64,000 bases of DNA, from assembly GCA_964623265.1 (NCBI GenBank), contig CAZUTK010000007.1, forward strand, positions 168-64,167. Direction: 5' to 3'. A program made the translations under genes and the position numbers. Source of the stretch: an uncultured bacterium. Its GTDB lineage: Bacteria; Electryoneota; B3-LCP. Of this stretch, positions 48,597 through 57,156 are shown one piece after another. The notes under the pieces are model-generated. The model was not told where the DNA came from, ran no database searches, and saw only the letters and a list, made by a program, of their open reading frames with translations. How positions within the stretch are numbered: position 1 is the first letter of the stretch; every line of letters begins with the position of its first letter.

Positions 48597-49652
48597 ATGA
48601 AGGCCATTCTGAAAACCAGCCCGGAAAAGGGCTTGACATTCACTCAGGACGCACCGCTTCCGCAGGTGAAGACGGCGCACGACGTTCTGATCAAAGTAAA
48701 AGCGACCGCTATCTGCGGGACGGATGTGGATATTTACAAGTCGGACGCGGATCTGATCCGACGGATGAGCAAGGCTTTCCCCGTCATCACCGGTCATGAA
48801 TTTTGCGGGGAAGTCGTGGAAGTCGGAAAATCGGTCAAGCGCATCCAGGTGGGGGATTACGTATCGGCGGAAATGCACTTGATCTGCGGGGAGTGTTATA
48901 ACTGCCGCACAGGCAACGGTCATGTCTGCATCAACACCGTCATCAAGGGCATTGACGATCATGGCTGTTTTGCGGAATACGTCGTCGTGCCGGCGGGAAA
49001 CGTCGTGAAATTGCCGGCAGATCTGCCTGAAGAAGTCGCCGCCTTTCTGGATGCCGTCGGCAACGCCGTGCATACCGCATCCGTTGTGGATGTGGTGGCG
49101 AAAAGCGTGGCAATTTTAGGCGCGGGGCCGATGGGCATTATGGCGGCGAAGATCTGCAAGCTTTCGGGCGCGCGGGAAGTGCTGGTAACCGATATTAACG
49201 ATACTCTGCTGAGAGTCGCTCTTGCAAACGGCGCCGATGCCGCTTTCAACGTGAGTTCAGAAGCAGGAAGAAAAGAATTTCTGGATGCCTGCCGGAGGGA
49301 TCTGACGCGGGGTGGAGTGGACGTGGCGTTGGAGATGTCGGGGCACCCCGCCGCGTATAACGACCTCTTCACAGCCGTCCGAATGGGCGGGGAAATCGCG
49401 CTTTTAGGCTTGCCGCGCCATCCTTTGACGGTGAACTTCAACAAAGACATCATCTTCAAGGGGTTGAAAATCCACGGCGTGATCGGAAGAAAAATCTTCG
49501 ACACCTGGTATCGCATGCTGGGCTTGATTCAGGCGGGTCTGGGCGACACTCTTAAGCAGATCGTGACGCACCGTTTGCCGCTTTCGGAGTATCAGCTGGG
49601 CTTCGACCTGAAATTGAAGGGCGAAGGGCTGAAAGTGGTCTTCAAACCGTGA
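48597..49652 (+). CDS. tdh: Zn-dependent L-threonine 3-dehydrogenase-like alcohol dehydrogenase
   Basis: MDR family. Catalytic Zn ligands (C42/H67 context ATAICGTDVD ... GHEFCGEV). Structural Zn CGECYNCRTGNGHVC. GAGPMG NAD motif. Confidence 0.7.
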   Translation: MKAILKTSPEKGLTFTQDAPLPQVKTAHDVLIKVKATAICGTDVDIYKSDADLIRRMSKAFPVITGHEFCGEVVEVGKSVKRIQVGDYVSAEMHLICGECYNCRTGNGHVCINTVIKGIDDHGCFAEYVVVPAGNVVKLPADLPEEVAAFLDAVGNAVHTASVVDVVAKSVAILGAGPMGIMAAKICKLSGAREVLVTDINDTLLRVALANGADAAFNVSSEAGRKEFLDACRRDLTRGGVDVALEMSGHPAAYNDLFTAVRMGGEIALLGLPRHPLTVNFNKDIIFKGLKIHGVIGRKIFDTWYRMLGLIQAGLGDTLKQIVTHRLPLSEYQLGFDLKLKGEGLKVVFKP

Positions 49653-49707
49653 AGTCGTAATGCAGAAAACGCTGTCAGTATAAGAAAAAAGAAAGAGGTT
49701 TGAGTCT

Positions 49708-50577
49708 ATGGAAATTATGCCGCGCCGGCCGAGTAAAAATGTCCTCTACTTCTCAAAATATCACGGCACGGGCAATGATTTTATCCTGGTAGACGGGATT
49801 AAATACCCAGAAGAGCCGAGCTGGTGGCACCGCGAGACGATCAAGAAGCTCTGCGACCGCCATTTCGGTGTCGGAGCGGACGGTCTGATCGTTCTGCTTC
49901 CTTCGCAGGATTGCGATTACCGCATGAAGTATTTCAATTCGGACGGGAATGAAGCCGAGATGTGCGGCAACGGCTTGCGCTGCCTGGCGCTCTTCATCCG
50001 TGATCAAGGCTATTCGGTCGGGGATCCGATGACGATCCAGACGCTCGCCGGAGAAGTCGCCGTAGAGCTGTTAGCCGGCGAACGAGTGCGGGTCGGAATG
50101 CCGGCGGTGAATTTCCAACGAAAGTGGATTCCGATGCGAGGAGAAGGGGAATGCATTCAGGAAGAAATCAAACTCGACCGAAAAACCAGCCTGCGCATCA
50201 CCGCTCTATCCATCGGAAATCCGCATGTCATTTTATTCGGCGAGTACAGCGATGAACAGGTCAGAAGCCTTGGCCCGCTGATTGAAAACCACAACCTTTT
50301 CCCGCAGAAGACCAATGTTCACTTCGTGCAAGTCGAGGGGTCGAATCGGATCCATATGAAGATCTGGGAGCGAGGCAGCGGCGTGACGCTGGCTTGCGGA
50401 TCGGGTGCGGTGGCGGCCGTGGCGGCGGCGATTGCCGGCGGGTTGCTGCCCTTTGAGGCGAATATCCGTGTGCAGCAGCCCGGCGGTGAGCTGATCGTTT
50501 CCATTGCGGATGGGTACCGCGAATCTTCGCTGGAAGGAGAAGCCGTCTACGTGTACCACGGTGTTGTGGAATTTTAA
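49708..50577 (+). CDS. dapF: Diaminopimelate epimerase
   Basis: FSKYHGTGNDFILVDG and both active-site Cys regions (CGNGLRC, ACGSGAVA). Confidence 0.9.
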   Translation: MEIMPRRPSKNVLYFSKYHGTGNDFILVDGIKYPEEPSWWHRETIKKLCDRHFGVGADGLIVLLPSQDCDYRMKYFNSDGNEAEMCGNGLRCLALFIRDQGYSVGDPMTIQTLAGEVAVELLAGERVRVGMPAVNFQRKWIPMRGEGECIQEEIKLDRKTSLRITALSIGNPHVILFGEYSDEQVRSLGPLIENHNLFPQKTNVHFVQVEGSNRIHMKIWERGSGVTLACGSGAVAAVAAAIAGGLLPFEANIRVQQPGGELIVSIADGYRESSLEGEAVYVYHGVVEF

Positions 50578-50615
50578 TGATCAAGAAGCTGTCCAGAAAA
50601 ATGACTTCTTGATGT

Positions 50616-51527
50616 ATGGCTGATCCGACGCAAACGAATCGTCGAAGCCTCAGGTTTCTGCGGATCGCATTGTGGTTTGTTCTGCTGCTTTTGGTGGTTT
50701 TTCAAACATTCCTTGAAGCGCGATCCCAAAAACGGCAGGTTCGAAAACGTTTGAAATCATGCGTGGAACTCTGCGCGCAGCGGTTGGAGAAGAAGAACAG
50801 CGACTTCGGATTCGCTCTGATCGCACTGGTGGAACAGCGCTCGATTCGCGAGGGGTTTGCGCGGTTGAACGAGGAAGGGATCTCCGCAACCTGGGCGCTG
50901 GGCTTTCTGGAAGCTCTGGACGGCGCTACCAGATCTATCATGGTCTCCCATCCAGGGGTAGAAAATCTGGCGTTCCGTTCGCTGGAAGGAATCAAGCTGG
51001 CGGGTTCCGGTGCCGATCGGGATTCCATCACTTATCCGGATCTGCGTTTGCGGATGCAACGTCAGACGATCCGAAGGGAATCTGATCCGTTTACAGAACG
51101 AATCGTCGTGCCCGTTCGCGCCGCCGATGCGAGTCCGGTCGCCTTCTTAACAGCAGACCTCAATCTCAAAGGCTTTTATAGAGAGGTTCTCACCGAGTTC
51201 GATAGTGAATCGGATGCGCTGGTTCTGCTGGCGGATGCATCGGGGAGGAGAATCTGGTCAAACGACGATGAACTTGTCTTAACCGATTTTCGACAGGAAC
51301 TGCGGGAGTTCGAACACAATCGAAAAGTTTTTCTGGCGGAAAGCGCCCTCATCCCCGAGGCGAATCACAGGATTTACGCGGCTATTCCGCAGAATGTGGA
51401 GATCGCCGTGAGCTTCGAATACTTCGCGTGGAACATCGCTGCCATCGCCGTCATCATCTTGCTGTTCTGGTCGTGCGAGTCGGCGATGTTTCGAAGGAGA
51501 CACGCGCCGAAAAAGAGATCTGCGTAG
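50616..51527 (+). CDS. Hypothetical membrane protein with periplasmic sensor-like domain (TM-periplasmic-TM)
   Basis: N-terminal TM (LRIALWFVLLLLVVF). ~230-aa hydrophilic segment. C-terminal TM (IAAIAVIILLFW). Confidence 0.45.
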   Translation: MADPTQTNRRSLRFLRIALWFVLLLLVVFQTFLEARSQKRQVRKRLKSCVELCAQRLEKKNSDFGFALIALVEQRSIREGFARLNEEGISATWALGFLEALDGATRSIMVSHPGVENLAFRSLEGIKLAGSGADRDSITYPDLRLRMQRQTIRRESDPFTERIVVPVRAADASPVAFLTADLNLKGFYREVLTEFDSESDALVLLADASGRRIWSNDDELVLTDFRQELREFEHNRKVFLAESALIPEANHRIYAAIPQNVEIAVSFEYFAWNIAAIAVIILLFWSCESAMFRRRHAPKKRSA

Positions 51528-51530
51528 CGA

Positions 51531-51563
51531 TTATTACCCCTCATGGAGTAATAATATCTCTTT
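51531..51563 (+). terminator. Weak terminator-like hairpin
   Basis: TTATTAC-11 nt-GTAATAA followed by TATCTCTTT. Confidence 0.3.
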
Positions 51564-51573
51564 AAAAAAATTC

Positions 51574-51602
51574 TTGACAGACGGGTTTTTTCTCCCTAAA
51601 TT
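51574..51602 (+). promoter_or_regulatory. Sigma70-like promoter candidate
   Basis: TTGACA-17 nt-TAAATT, ~35 nt upstream of the GTG start at 51639. Confidence 0.4.
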
Positions 51603-51638
51603 GTACAAAAAATAACATATAGAGGGTGCGGCACAGTC

Positions 51639-51845
51639 GTGAAACGGGTTCTACTTATCATCATCAGCCTGATCTTTTTCCTCGGTATATCCGTGGGATT
51701 CACCGGTTGCGGGTATCACATGGTCTATCTGCTCGATCAACCGGTCAGCGATCCCATTATGTACGCCGATGACGGTCAGGACAGTGATCTGTGCAAAGTC
51801 GAAGACGGGGGATATTCCGGTTCGTCGGGTGAGTGCCCTACGTGA
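51639..51845 (+). CDS. Small lipoprotein
   Basis: GTG start with AGAGGG SD. Signal plus lipobox GFTGC. 68 aa. Confidence 0.45.
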   Translation: MKRVLLIIISLIFFLGISVGFTGCGYHMVYLLDQPVSDPIMYADDGQDSDLCKVEDGGYSGSSGECPT

Positions 51846-51966
51846 TGACCGGATCCGCCCGGATCGGGCTTGCAAAACGAACAGATTCGTGCGCCGCATC
51901 TCTTGCAAGCGATGGTGCTCAACGTGACTCGGCGAGGTTGACCCGGATTTGCCACGGATATACAAG

Positions 51967-52956
51967 ATGTCATATAGAAAACGGATTCTCACTGCAATCT
52001 TCTATTTTGGAGGAATCACTGTCGCCCCAGCCGGTGCGGGGGTTTTAGGGTTGGGCTTCACTCAGATCAAGGCGGAATATCAGTACACCGATTATTCGCG
52101 TTACACCTACCCCAATCCCATTCTCTTCGAATACCCCAACCAAGATTATCGGCAGCCCGCCCCCTACATCAATGATTTCCCCGAGAATCGGGGATTGATC
52201 AAGGTCACCCAGGGGTTGGGGATCAATGACGCCCTGCTGGCGAAATATCAATATTCCGAGCTGGATGAGAAGAATCACCAGGACTTATTCAATATGAAAT
52301 ACGTGCGCAACCTTTCCGCTTCGACGGAAGCGCACATCAGCGGGCAGATCACGCGCGGCACCGGGGGATTCCTCGGAAAGATGATCGAAGCGGGCGGCAA
52401 GGTGGATTGGGCGGGGTTCGTACTGGCGGAAGCCGCTTACGCCTATTATTCCAATAAGGTGGATACGGCGGGTTCTTCCACCAGCGATGCGCATTCGCTG
52501 GAATTGCAATTGCGGCAGGCGCTTTCGAAGAGCACCGCCTTGCAGGTCAAATGGGCGTATTTTTTCGCCGCCGGCACAAAAGCGGATTTTTTTTCCAACA
52601 CTCTGAGTTTCTGGCTTTCGCAGTGGCTGCCTACGCAGACGGCGGTGCACCTTGAGTGGCGGGAGAACTGGAACGGTCAGCATTTCCGTTCCTGGTCCCC
52701 GGGCATCGAAATTGATCAATATCTCGGCTGGGCGACTCTAGCCACCGTGCGGGTTCGGTTCTATCAAGGACTGCCGGAAGATCCTGCGCAGCTGGAGCTG
52801 CTGCGAGGAAGCAAATTTGAAAGTTGGGCGTTTTCCGGCATCCTGAGTCATCATATCTTCGCCGAGACGGTGGTGATGTTGAAGTATCGGTACTATTGGA
52901 GCGATCAGGATATTCAGATGAACACCTATCTGATCGCCGTGGAGCATATCCTATGA
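51967..52956 (+). CDS. Hypothetical secreted protein (possible beta-barrel OMP)
   Basis: Signal peptide MSYRKRILTAIFYFGGITVAPAGA. Tyr/aromatic-rich. ORF-track start at 51949 is a TTG. Confidence 0.45.
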   Translation: MSYRKRILTAIFYFGGITVAPAGAGVLGLGFTQIKAEYQYTDYSRYTYPNPILFEYPNQDYRQPAPYINDFPENRGLIKVTQGLGINDALLAKYQYSELDEKNHQDLFNMKYVRNLSASTEAHISGQITRGTGGFLGKMIEAGGKVDWAGFVLAEAAYAYYSNKVDTAGSSTSDAHSLELQLRQALSKSTALQVKWAYFFAAGTKADFFSNTLSFWLSQWLPTQTAVHLEWRENWNGQHFRSWSPGIEIDQYLGWATLATVRVRFYQGLPEDPAQLELLRGSKFESWAFSGILSHHIFAETVVMLKYRYYWSDQDIQMNTYLIAVEHIL

Positions 52957-53849
52957 TGCGGCATTCGACGACGGCGTTGAATCAATGCGGTTCGATCCTT
53001 CTCTGGATCATGGCTGTTTTAAGTCTACACGGCTGCGGCGACCCGCCCACCACCCCCGTGGAACAACGAGGTAATATCGAAATCCACGGGATGCTGCTGC
53101 CTCAGAATGCGCCGGCGGATTCGATTTTCGTCGTTCTCGATGGAGATACATTGGGTTATGTTCCCAATCCGCACCTCTGCGCGGGTCTGTATGCCGGTAA
53201 ACATTTTGTTTCCGTAAAAACGGTGGCACTATACCTCGCGGACACGCTGGAATACCTCAGCAGTCCGGCGTACGTCACCGTCACGGCGGGACAGACTTCG
53301 CAGGCGGCGTTCAGTTTGACCACTGAAATTCCTGTTTCCCCGTATGTGGGGTATCGCGCGCCCGATTTTTCCCTGTGCGATCTGAACGGCGATACCGTCA
53401 GACTCTCAGCCCAGATGGGGAAAGTCGTGCTGCTCTACTTCTTCACCGGAACGTGAAATTTCTGCATGGGGACGGAGATTCCGGCGCTTCAAAAGCAGAT
53501 CAGCGACAGCTTCCGGGTGGTGACCGCACCGGATACCCTGGTCGAAGTGATCGCCTTAAACGAAGATCGCAGTGTCGCATTTTTATCGCAATACGCGCAA
53601 TTTGTAGGACCCTGGCCCGGAGGCGGAAACAAGGATGTCGTCATCACTTTTCCGATCCTGTTTGACAGTACCGGTGCCTCTTTTGAAGAATACGATGCGA
53701 TGAATCTCCCGTCCATCTTGTTGGTGGATCAGACCCGCAAGATCATTCTGCGTTACGACGGCGCCGCCAGCGCCGATCCCTTTTGGGATCATTTCGCTGA
53801 AATCATCGCCGGGATTCATGCGCTTTTAGAGAGCCCACCTGAGAATTGA
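52953..53849 (+). CDS. Periplasmic TlpA/ResA-like thioredoxin-fold lipoprotein, putative selenoprotein (UxxC; in-frame UGA at 53457-53459)
   Basis: ATGATG start overlaps the upstream stop. Lipoprotein signal LSLHGC. Thioredoxin-like domain APDFSLCDLNGDTVRLSAQMGKVVLLYFFTGT-[TGA]-NFCMGTEIPAL. The downstream same-frame ORF (53466-53849) continues the TlpA fold (LPSILLVDQTRKIILRY). TGA falls exactly at the first Cys of the CxxC redox motif. Confidence 0.65.
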
Positions 53850-53862
53850 ACGATGGATCACT

Positions 53863-54369
53863 ATGAGAAAATCAATGTACGGTATCCTCAGCCTGCTCAG
53901 TATAGCAGGGACGCTCGCCTTCCAGACGCGGCCGGCGGTCGCAGGTCTTCCTGTCGGTGCGCAGGCCCCTGCTTTTACCTTGACAACAACGGCGGATAAA
54001 ACGGTCTCCCTTTCCGATTTCGCGGGTAAGATCGTCATCCTGCATTTTTGGAAATCCAACTGAAGGCAGTGCCATGAGGAGATTCCTCATTTATTGAAAA
54101 TCCGCGAGCAATATCCGGAAGATAAAGTTGTCATCCTTGCGATGAACGCAATCAACCCCGCCAAGCAGGCGGAGGCTGAAGCCAAGCGCTATAACATCCC
54201 CTTCGATGTGGTGGTCTGCCGGGGTGCCGGCGTGATCCGCGATTACGAGGTCACCAAACTGCCGCAAATGTTCATCATTGACGGTAAAGGCATCATCCAG
54301 GCGAGCGAGTTGTTTATGCAAGCCGATCAGATCAAAGGGATATTGGATAAATTGCTGGCCGCCCCATGA
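53863..54369 (+). CDS. Periplasmic TlpA/ResA-like thioredoxin-fold protein, putative selenoprotein (UxxC; in-frame UGA at 54061-54063)
   Basis: Signal peptide MRKSMYGILSLLSIAGTLAFQ. FAGKIVILHFWKSN-[TGA]-RQCHEEIPHL aligns with the TlpA consensus FWASWCGPCRAEMPHL, with UGA at the first Cys. Same-frame continuation 54094-54369 completes the fold (LPQMFIIDGKGII). Confidence 0.7.
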
Positions 54370-54416
54370 CCACTCGTTCGGCGTTACCGGGCATCATCGT
54401 ACACATTGAAATCGTA

Positions 54417-54536
54417 TGAGTAAACCGAAGCTCATTTTCTTCATCTTGCTGACGCTGGCGATCGCCGCTTCTCTCGTCTGGGGGATCCTCGAGGGGCATC
54501 CGCAGGATATCCGCATGGAAGCATCCAGCCTCTGAC
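54417..54536 (+). CDS. Possible 39-aa single-TM small protein
   Basis: ATG at 54417, MSKPKLIFFILLTLAIAASLVWGILEGHPQDIRMEASSL. Below the ORF-track size cut-off. Sits between the selenoprotein gene and the GltD::NapH gene. Confidence 0.25.
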
Positions 54537-54649
54537 TGAGCTGCATCGGGCTCGGATGAGCTCTTCCAGCTGCGGATGGGGGAAGTGCGCCCGTGGGCAT
54601 TTTCCCCGATGGATTTTTCTCGCCTGTTTCAGAATCCCTGAGACGATTT

Positions 54650-57052
54650 ATGACTGGATCGAATGCAGATAGATACGCACCGAACTCAACGCCGCCTGCG
54701 GCGCCCTGCATGACGCATTGCCTGCAGGGTACGGATATCCGAACCGTTCTGCAGCTGGTGGCGAAGGTAGAGAGGGGCGAAAAGCCTCCGGATGAAGCCT
54801 TTGAAGAAGCCTGGCGCATCATCGTCGAGAAAAATCCGCTGCCTTCCGTCTGCGGGCGGGTCTGCCCTCATCCCTGCGAAGGCTACTGTCTGCGCAGCCA
54901 AGTGGATGAACCGGTCGCCGTCAACCATATCGAACGCTTCATCGGGGATTGGGGGCTGGCGCACGGTTTCAAGTTCACGAAACTCACTTCGGAGCGTCAG
55001 CTAGAAAAAGTGGCGATCGTCGGTTCCGGTCCCGCCGGATTATCTTGCGCCTATCACCTTGCGCGCCGCGGTTACGCCATAACCGTCTTCGAAGCCTTCC
55101 CCAAAGCCGGCGGCATGCTCCGCTACGGCATCCCCCCCTACCGTTTGCCCCGGCACATATTAGACGCGGAGATCGAACGGATTCTCGAGTTAGGGATTGA
55201 ACTGCGGTTGAATACGGCCGTCGGCAAAGAGATCCCTCTGGAACGGATTCAGGCGGACTATAATGCCGTTTTCATCGGCATAGGCGCTCAAAAAGCTGTA
55301 AGATTGGGGTGTCGCGGAGAAGAATGTCAAGGGGTATACGGCGGAGTGGAATTTCTGCGGTTGGTCAACAGCGGTCAACCTGTGAATATCGGAGGGACGG
55401 TCGTCGTAGTGGGCGGCGGGAACACCGCTGTAGATGCCGCCAGAACCGCCCGTCGTCTGAATCCCGAGGCGGCTGTAACTGTTCTCTACCGCCGCACTCG
55501 TGCGGAAATGCCCGCGATCGCGGAAGAAATCGAAGCCGCTCGGGAAGAAGGCGTCGAGTTTCGTTTCCTCGCCGCGCCGCTGGAGATCCAAGGCGAAAAC
55601 GGGCGATTGGCGCGCGTCCTCTGTCAGCAGATGCAACTTGCGGAGCCCGACGAATCGGGGCGCCGAAAACCAGTGCCGATCGCGGGGGAAACCTTCGTCT
55701 TATCCGCGGATACTTTGATCGCCGCCGTTTCTCAAGAGACGGACTGGGAAGGCTTGGAAACCTTGAAGGATGTCTCGAAGCCGTCTTCCAAGACGGATTC
55801 CAATGCAAGAACGGCTGATCGGGTTTATGCAGGCGGCGATGTAAAGGAGCCGGGATTAGTCGCCGAATCCATCCTTCAAGGCAGACAGGCGGCCGAGGAG
55901 ATGCACGCCCGTTTCCGCGGTTTGGAATTGCCGCCAGTTGCGGAAGTCGAGTCAATCTCGCCGGAACGAATGCACCTCGACGCCGTGCGCCCATCCCCTC
56001 GGCACCAGCCTAAGCAAATCGAGGTTTCCCAGCGCATCCAGCAGCCCTGGAAAGAAGTCTCTGCCACGCTTTCCTGCGAAAATGCTGTTCGGGAAGCCGG
56101 GCGATGCATCGGCTGCGGTGAAAGCTTCATCAAGCATCCTAAAACGCATCCCATCCATATTTTTCGGCGCGTCACTCAGATCGGCGTGGGGGCGTTTCTC
56201 TTTAACAGTTACTTTGCCGTGTTTTCCACGAAGACGCTCTACGACGGATCCTTGCGCAACGTCTGCGTCCCCGGCTTGAATTGCCACTCTTGTCCCACCG
56301 CTTTGATGGGGTGTCCTATCGGGATCGCTCAGCACTTCGCCGCGATGCATACCTTTCCCTGGTTTTTGATCGGCTTTTTAGGAGTCATCGGAGTGATTTC
56401 CGGTCGTTTCACCTGCGGATGGCTCTGCCCCTGGGGATTGGTGCAAGATCTGTTGTATCGCTTCAAGAAGCTGACCGTGCGCATTCCAAAATTTATGAAT
56501 TATCTAAAATACTCCATTCTCGTGGTCGTGGTGATCATCATACCTTACATCACATACGAGCACTGGTTCAGCAAGCTCTGCCCCTGCGGAGCGCTGATCG
56601 CGGCGATTCCTTGGGCGATCTGGAACCCTATGGATCCTGTTCTAGGCGAACCATATATCGCACCCGGCATGATCGGGACGATGTTCTGGTTGAAGATGTG
56701 GATCCTGGGCGTTTTTTTGGTGCTGTTTTTGTTCATCAAACGGCCCTTCTGCCGCACAATTTGCCCTCTGGGAGCCACCTATGCGTTGTTCAACCGCGTC
56801 TCGCTGATTTCCGTGAAGGTGGGGGAGGGCTGCGTGGACTGCGGTCAATGCCGCGCCGTCTGCCCTGTGGACCTCAATGTCCGTCGGGAAGCCAACAGCG
56901 AAGCCTGCATCAAGTGTCTGGAATGCACCCAGTGTCAGCGCATCCGGTTCTACTGGAATCGGTTCTGGCGGTTGCCGGCGCGATTGCATGGGAAACGGCG
57001 CAGGAAATTCGAGGCGATTCCGGATCCCGTCATTCCTGTTCCCGCAGAATAG
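54650..57052 (+). CDS. Fusion protein: GltD-like NAD(P)H-dependent FAD/Fe-S oxidoreductase + NapH/MauN/RdxA-type membrane polyferredoxin
   Basis: N-terminal ~470 aa: glutamate-synthase-small-subunit pattern (PSVCGRVCPHPCEGYC; VAIVGSGPAGL; GGMLRYGIPPYRLP; second NAD fold VVVVGGGNTAVD). C-terminal ~330 aa: 6 TM with CPWGL and CRTICPLG motifs plus a 2x[4Fe-4S] CxxCxxCxxxCP pair (CVDCGQCRAVCP; CIKCLECTQC). Start uncertain (ORF-track GTG 54593; ATG 54650 or 54710). Confidence 0.65.
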   Translation: MTGSNADRYAPNSTPPAAPCMTHCLQGTDIRTVLQLVAKVERGEKPPDEAFEEAWRIIVEKNPLPSVCGRVCPHPCEGYCLRSQVDEPVAVNHIERFIGDWGLAHGFKFTKLTSERQLEKVAIVGSGPAGLSCAYHLARRGYAITVFEAFPKAGGMLRYGIPPYRLPRHILDAEIERILELGIELRLNTAVGKEIPLERIQADYNAVFIGIGAQKAVRLGCRGEECQGVYGGVEFLRLVNSGQPVNIGGTVVVVGGGNTAVDAARTARRLNPEAAVTVLYRRTRAEMPAIAEEIEAAREEGVEFRFLAAPLEIQGENGRLARVLCQQMQLAEPDESGRRKPVPIAGETFVLSADTLIAAVSQETDWEGLETLKDVSKPSSKTDSNARTADRVYAGGDVKEPGLVAESILQGRQAAEEMHARFRGLELPPVAEVESISPERMHLDAVRPSPRHQPKQIEVSQRIQQPWKEVSATLSCENAVREAGRCIGCGESFIKHPKTHPIHIFRRVTQIGVGAFLFNSYFAVFSTKTLYDGSLRNVCVPGLNCHSCPTALMGCPIGIAQHFAAMHTFPWFLIGFLGVIGVISGRFTCGWLCPWGLVQDLLYRFKKLTVRIPKFMNYLKYSILVVVVIIIPYITYEHWFSKLCPCGALIAAIPWAIWNPMDPVLGEPYIAPGMIGTMFWLKMWILGVFLVLFLFIKRPFCRTICPLGATYALFNRVSLISVKVGEGCVDCGQCRAVCPVDLNVRREANSEACIKCLECTQCQRIRFYWNRFWRLPARLHGKRRRKFEAIPDPVIPVPAE

Positions 57053-57156
57053 AGACTTATCGTGGAAAAAGATTCTTCCTCGGGAACTTTGTTTTTCAGC
57101 AGCGGGTTAAGATCACGAAAAGAAAGACAATATCTGCATAATCACAAGAGGTGCAA

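Noticed and set aside
50575-50615. ATCAAGAAG ... CTTCTTGAT inverted repeat after dapF
   Set aside because: The 9-bp stem has a 17-nt loop and no T-tract. It is more likely coincidental than a terminator.
53457-54063. Interpretation of the two in-frame TGAs as frameshifts or pseudogenes
   Set aside because: Both TGAs are in frame with no indel needed. Both fall at the identical functional position (the first Cys of CxxC) in two different paralogs. selB is nearby. This favours selenocysteine, though it remains unproven without the rest of the Sec machinery.
55190-56350. Several minus-strand ORFs (132-209 aa) inside the GltD::NapH gene
   Set aside because: Antisense, Arg/Pro-rich, no motifs. 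The sense strand carries the Rossmann and Fe-S motifs.
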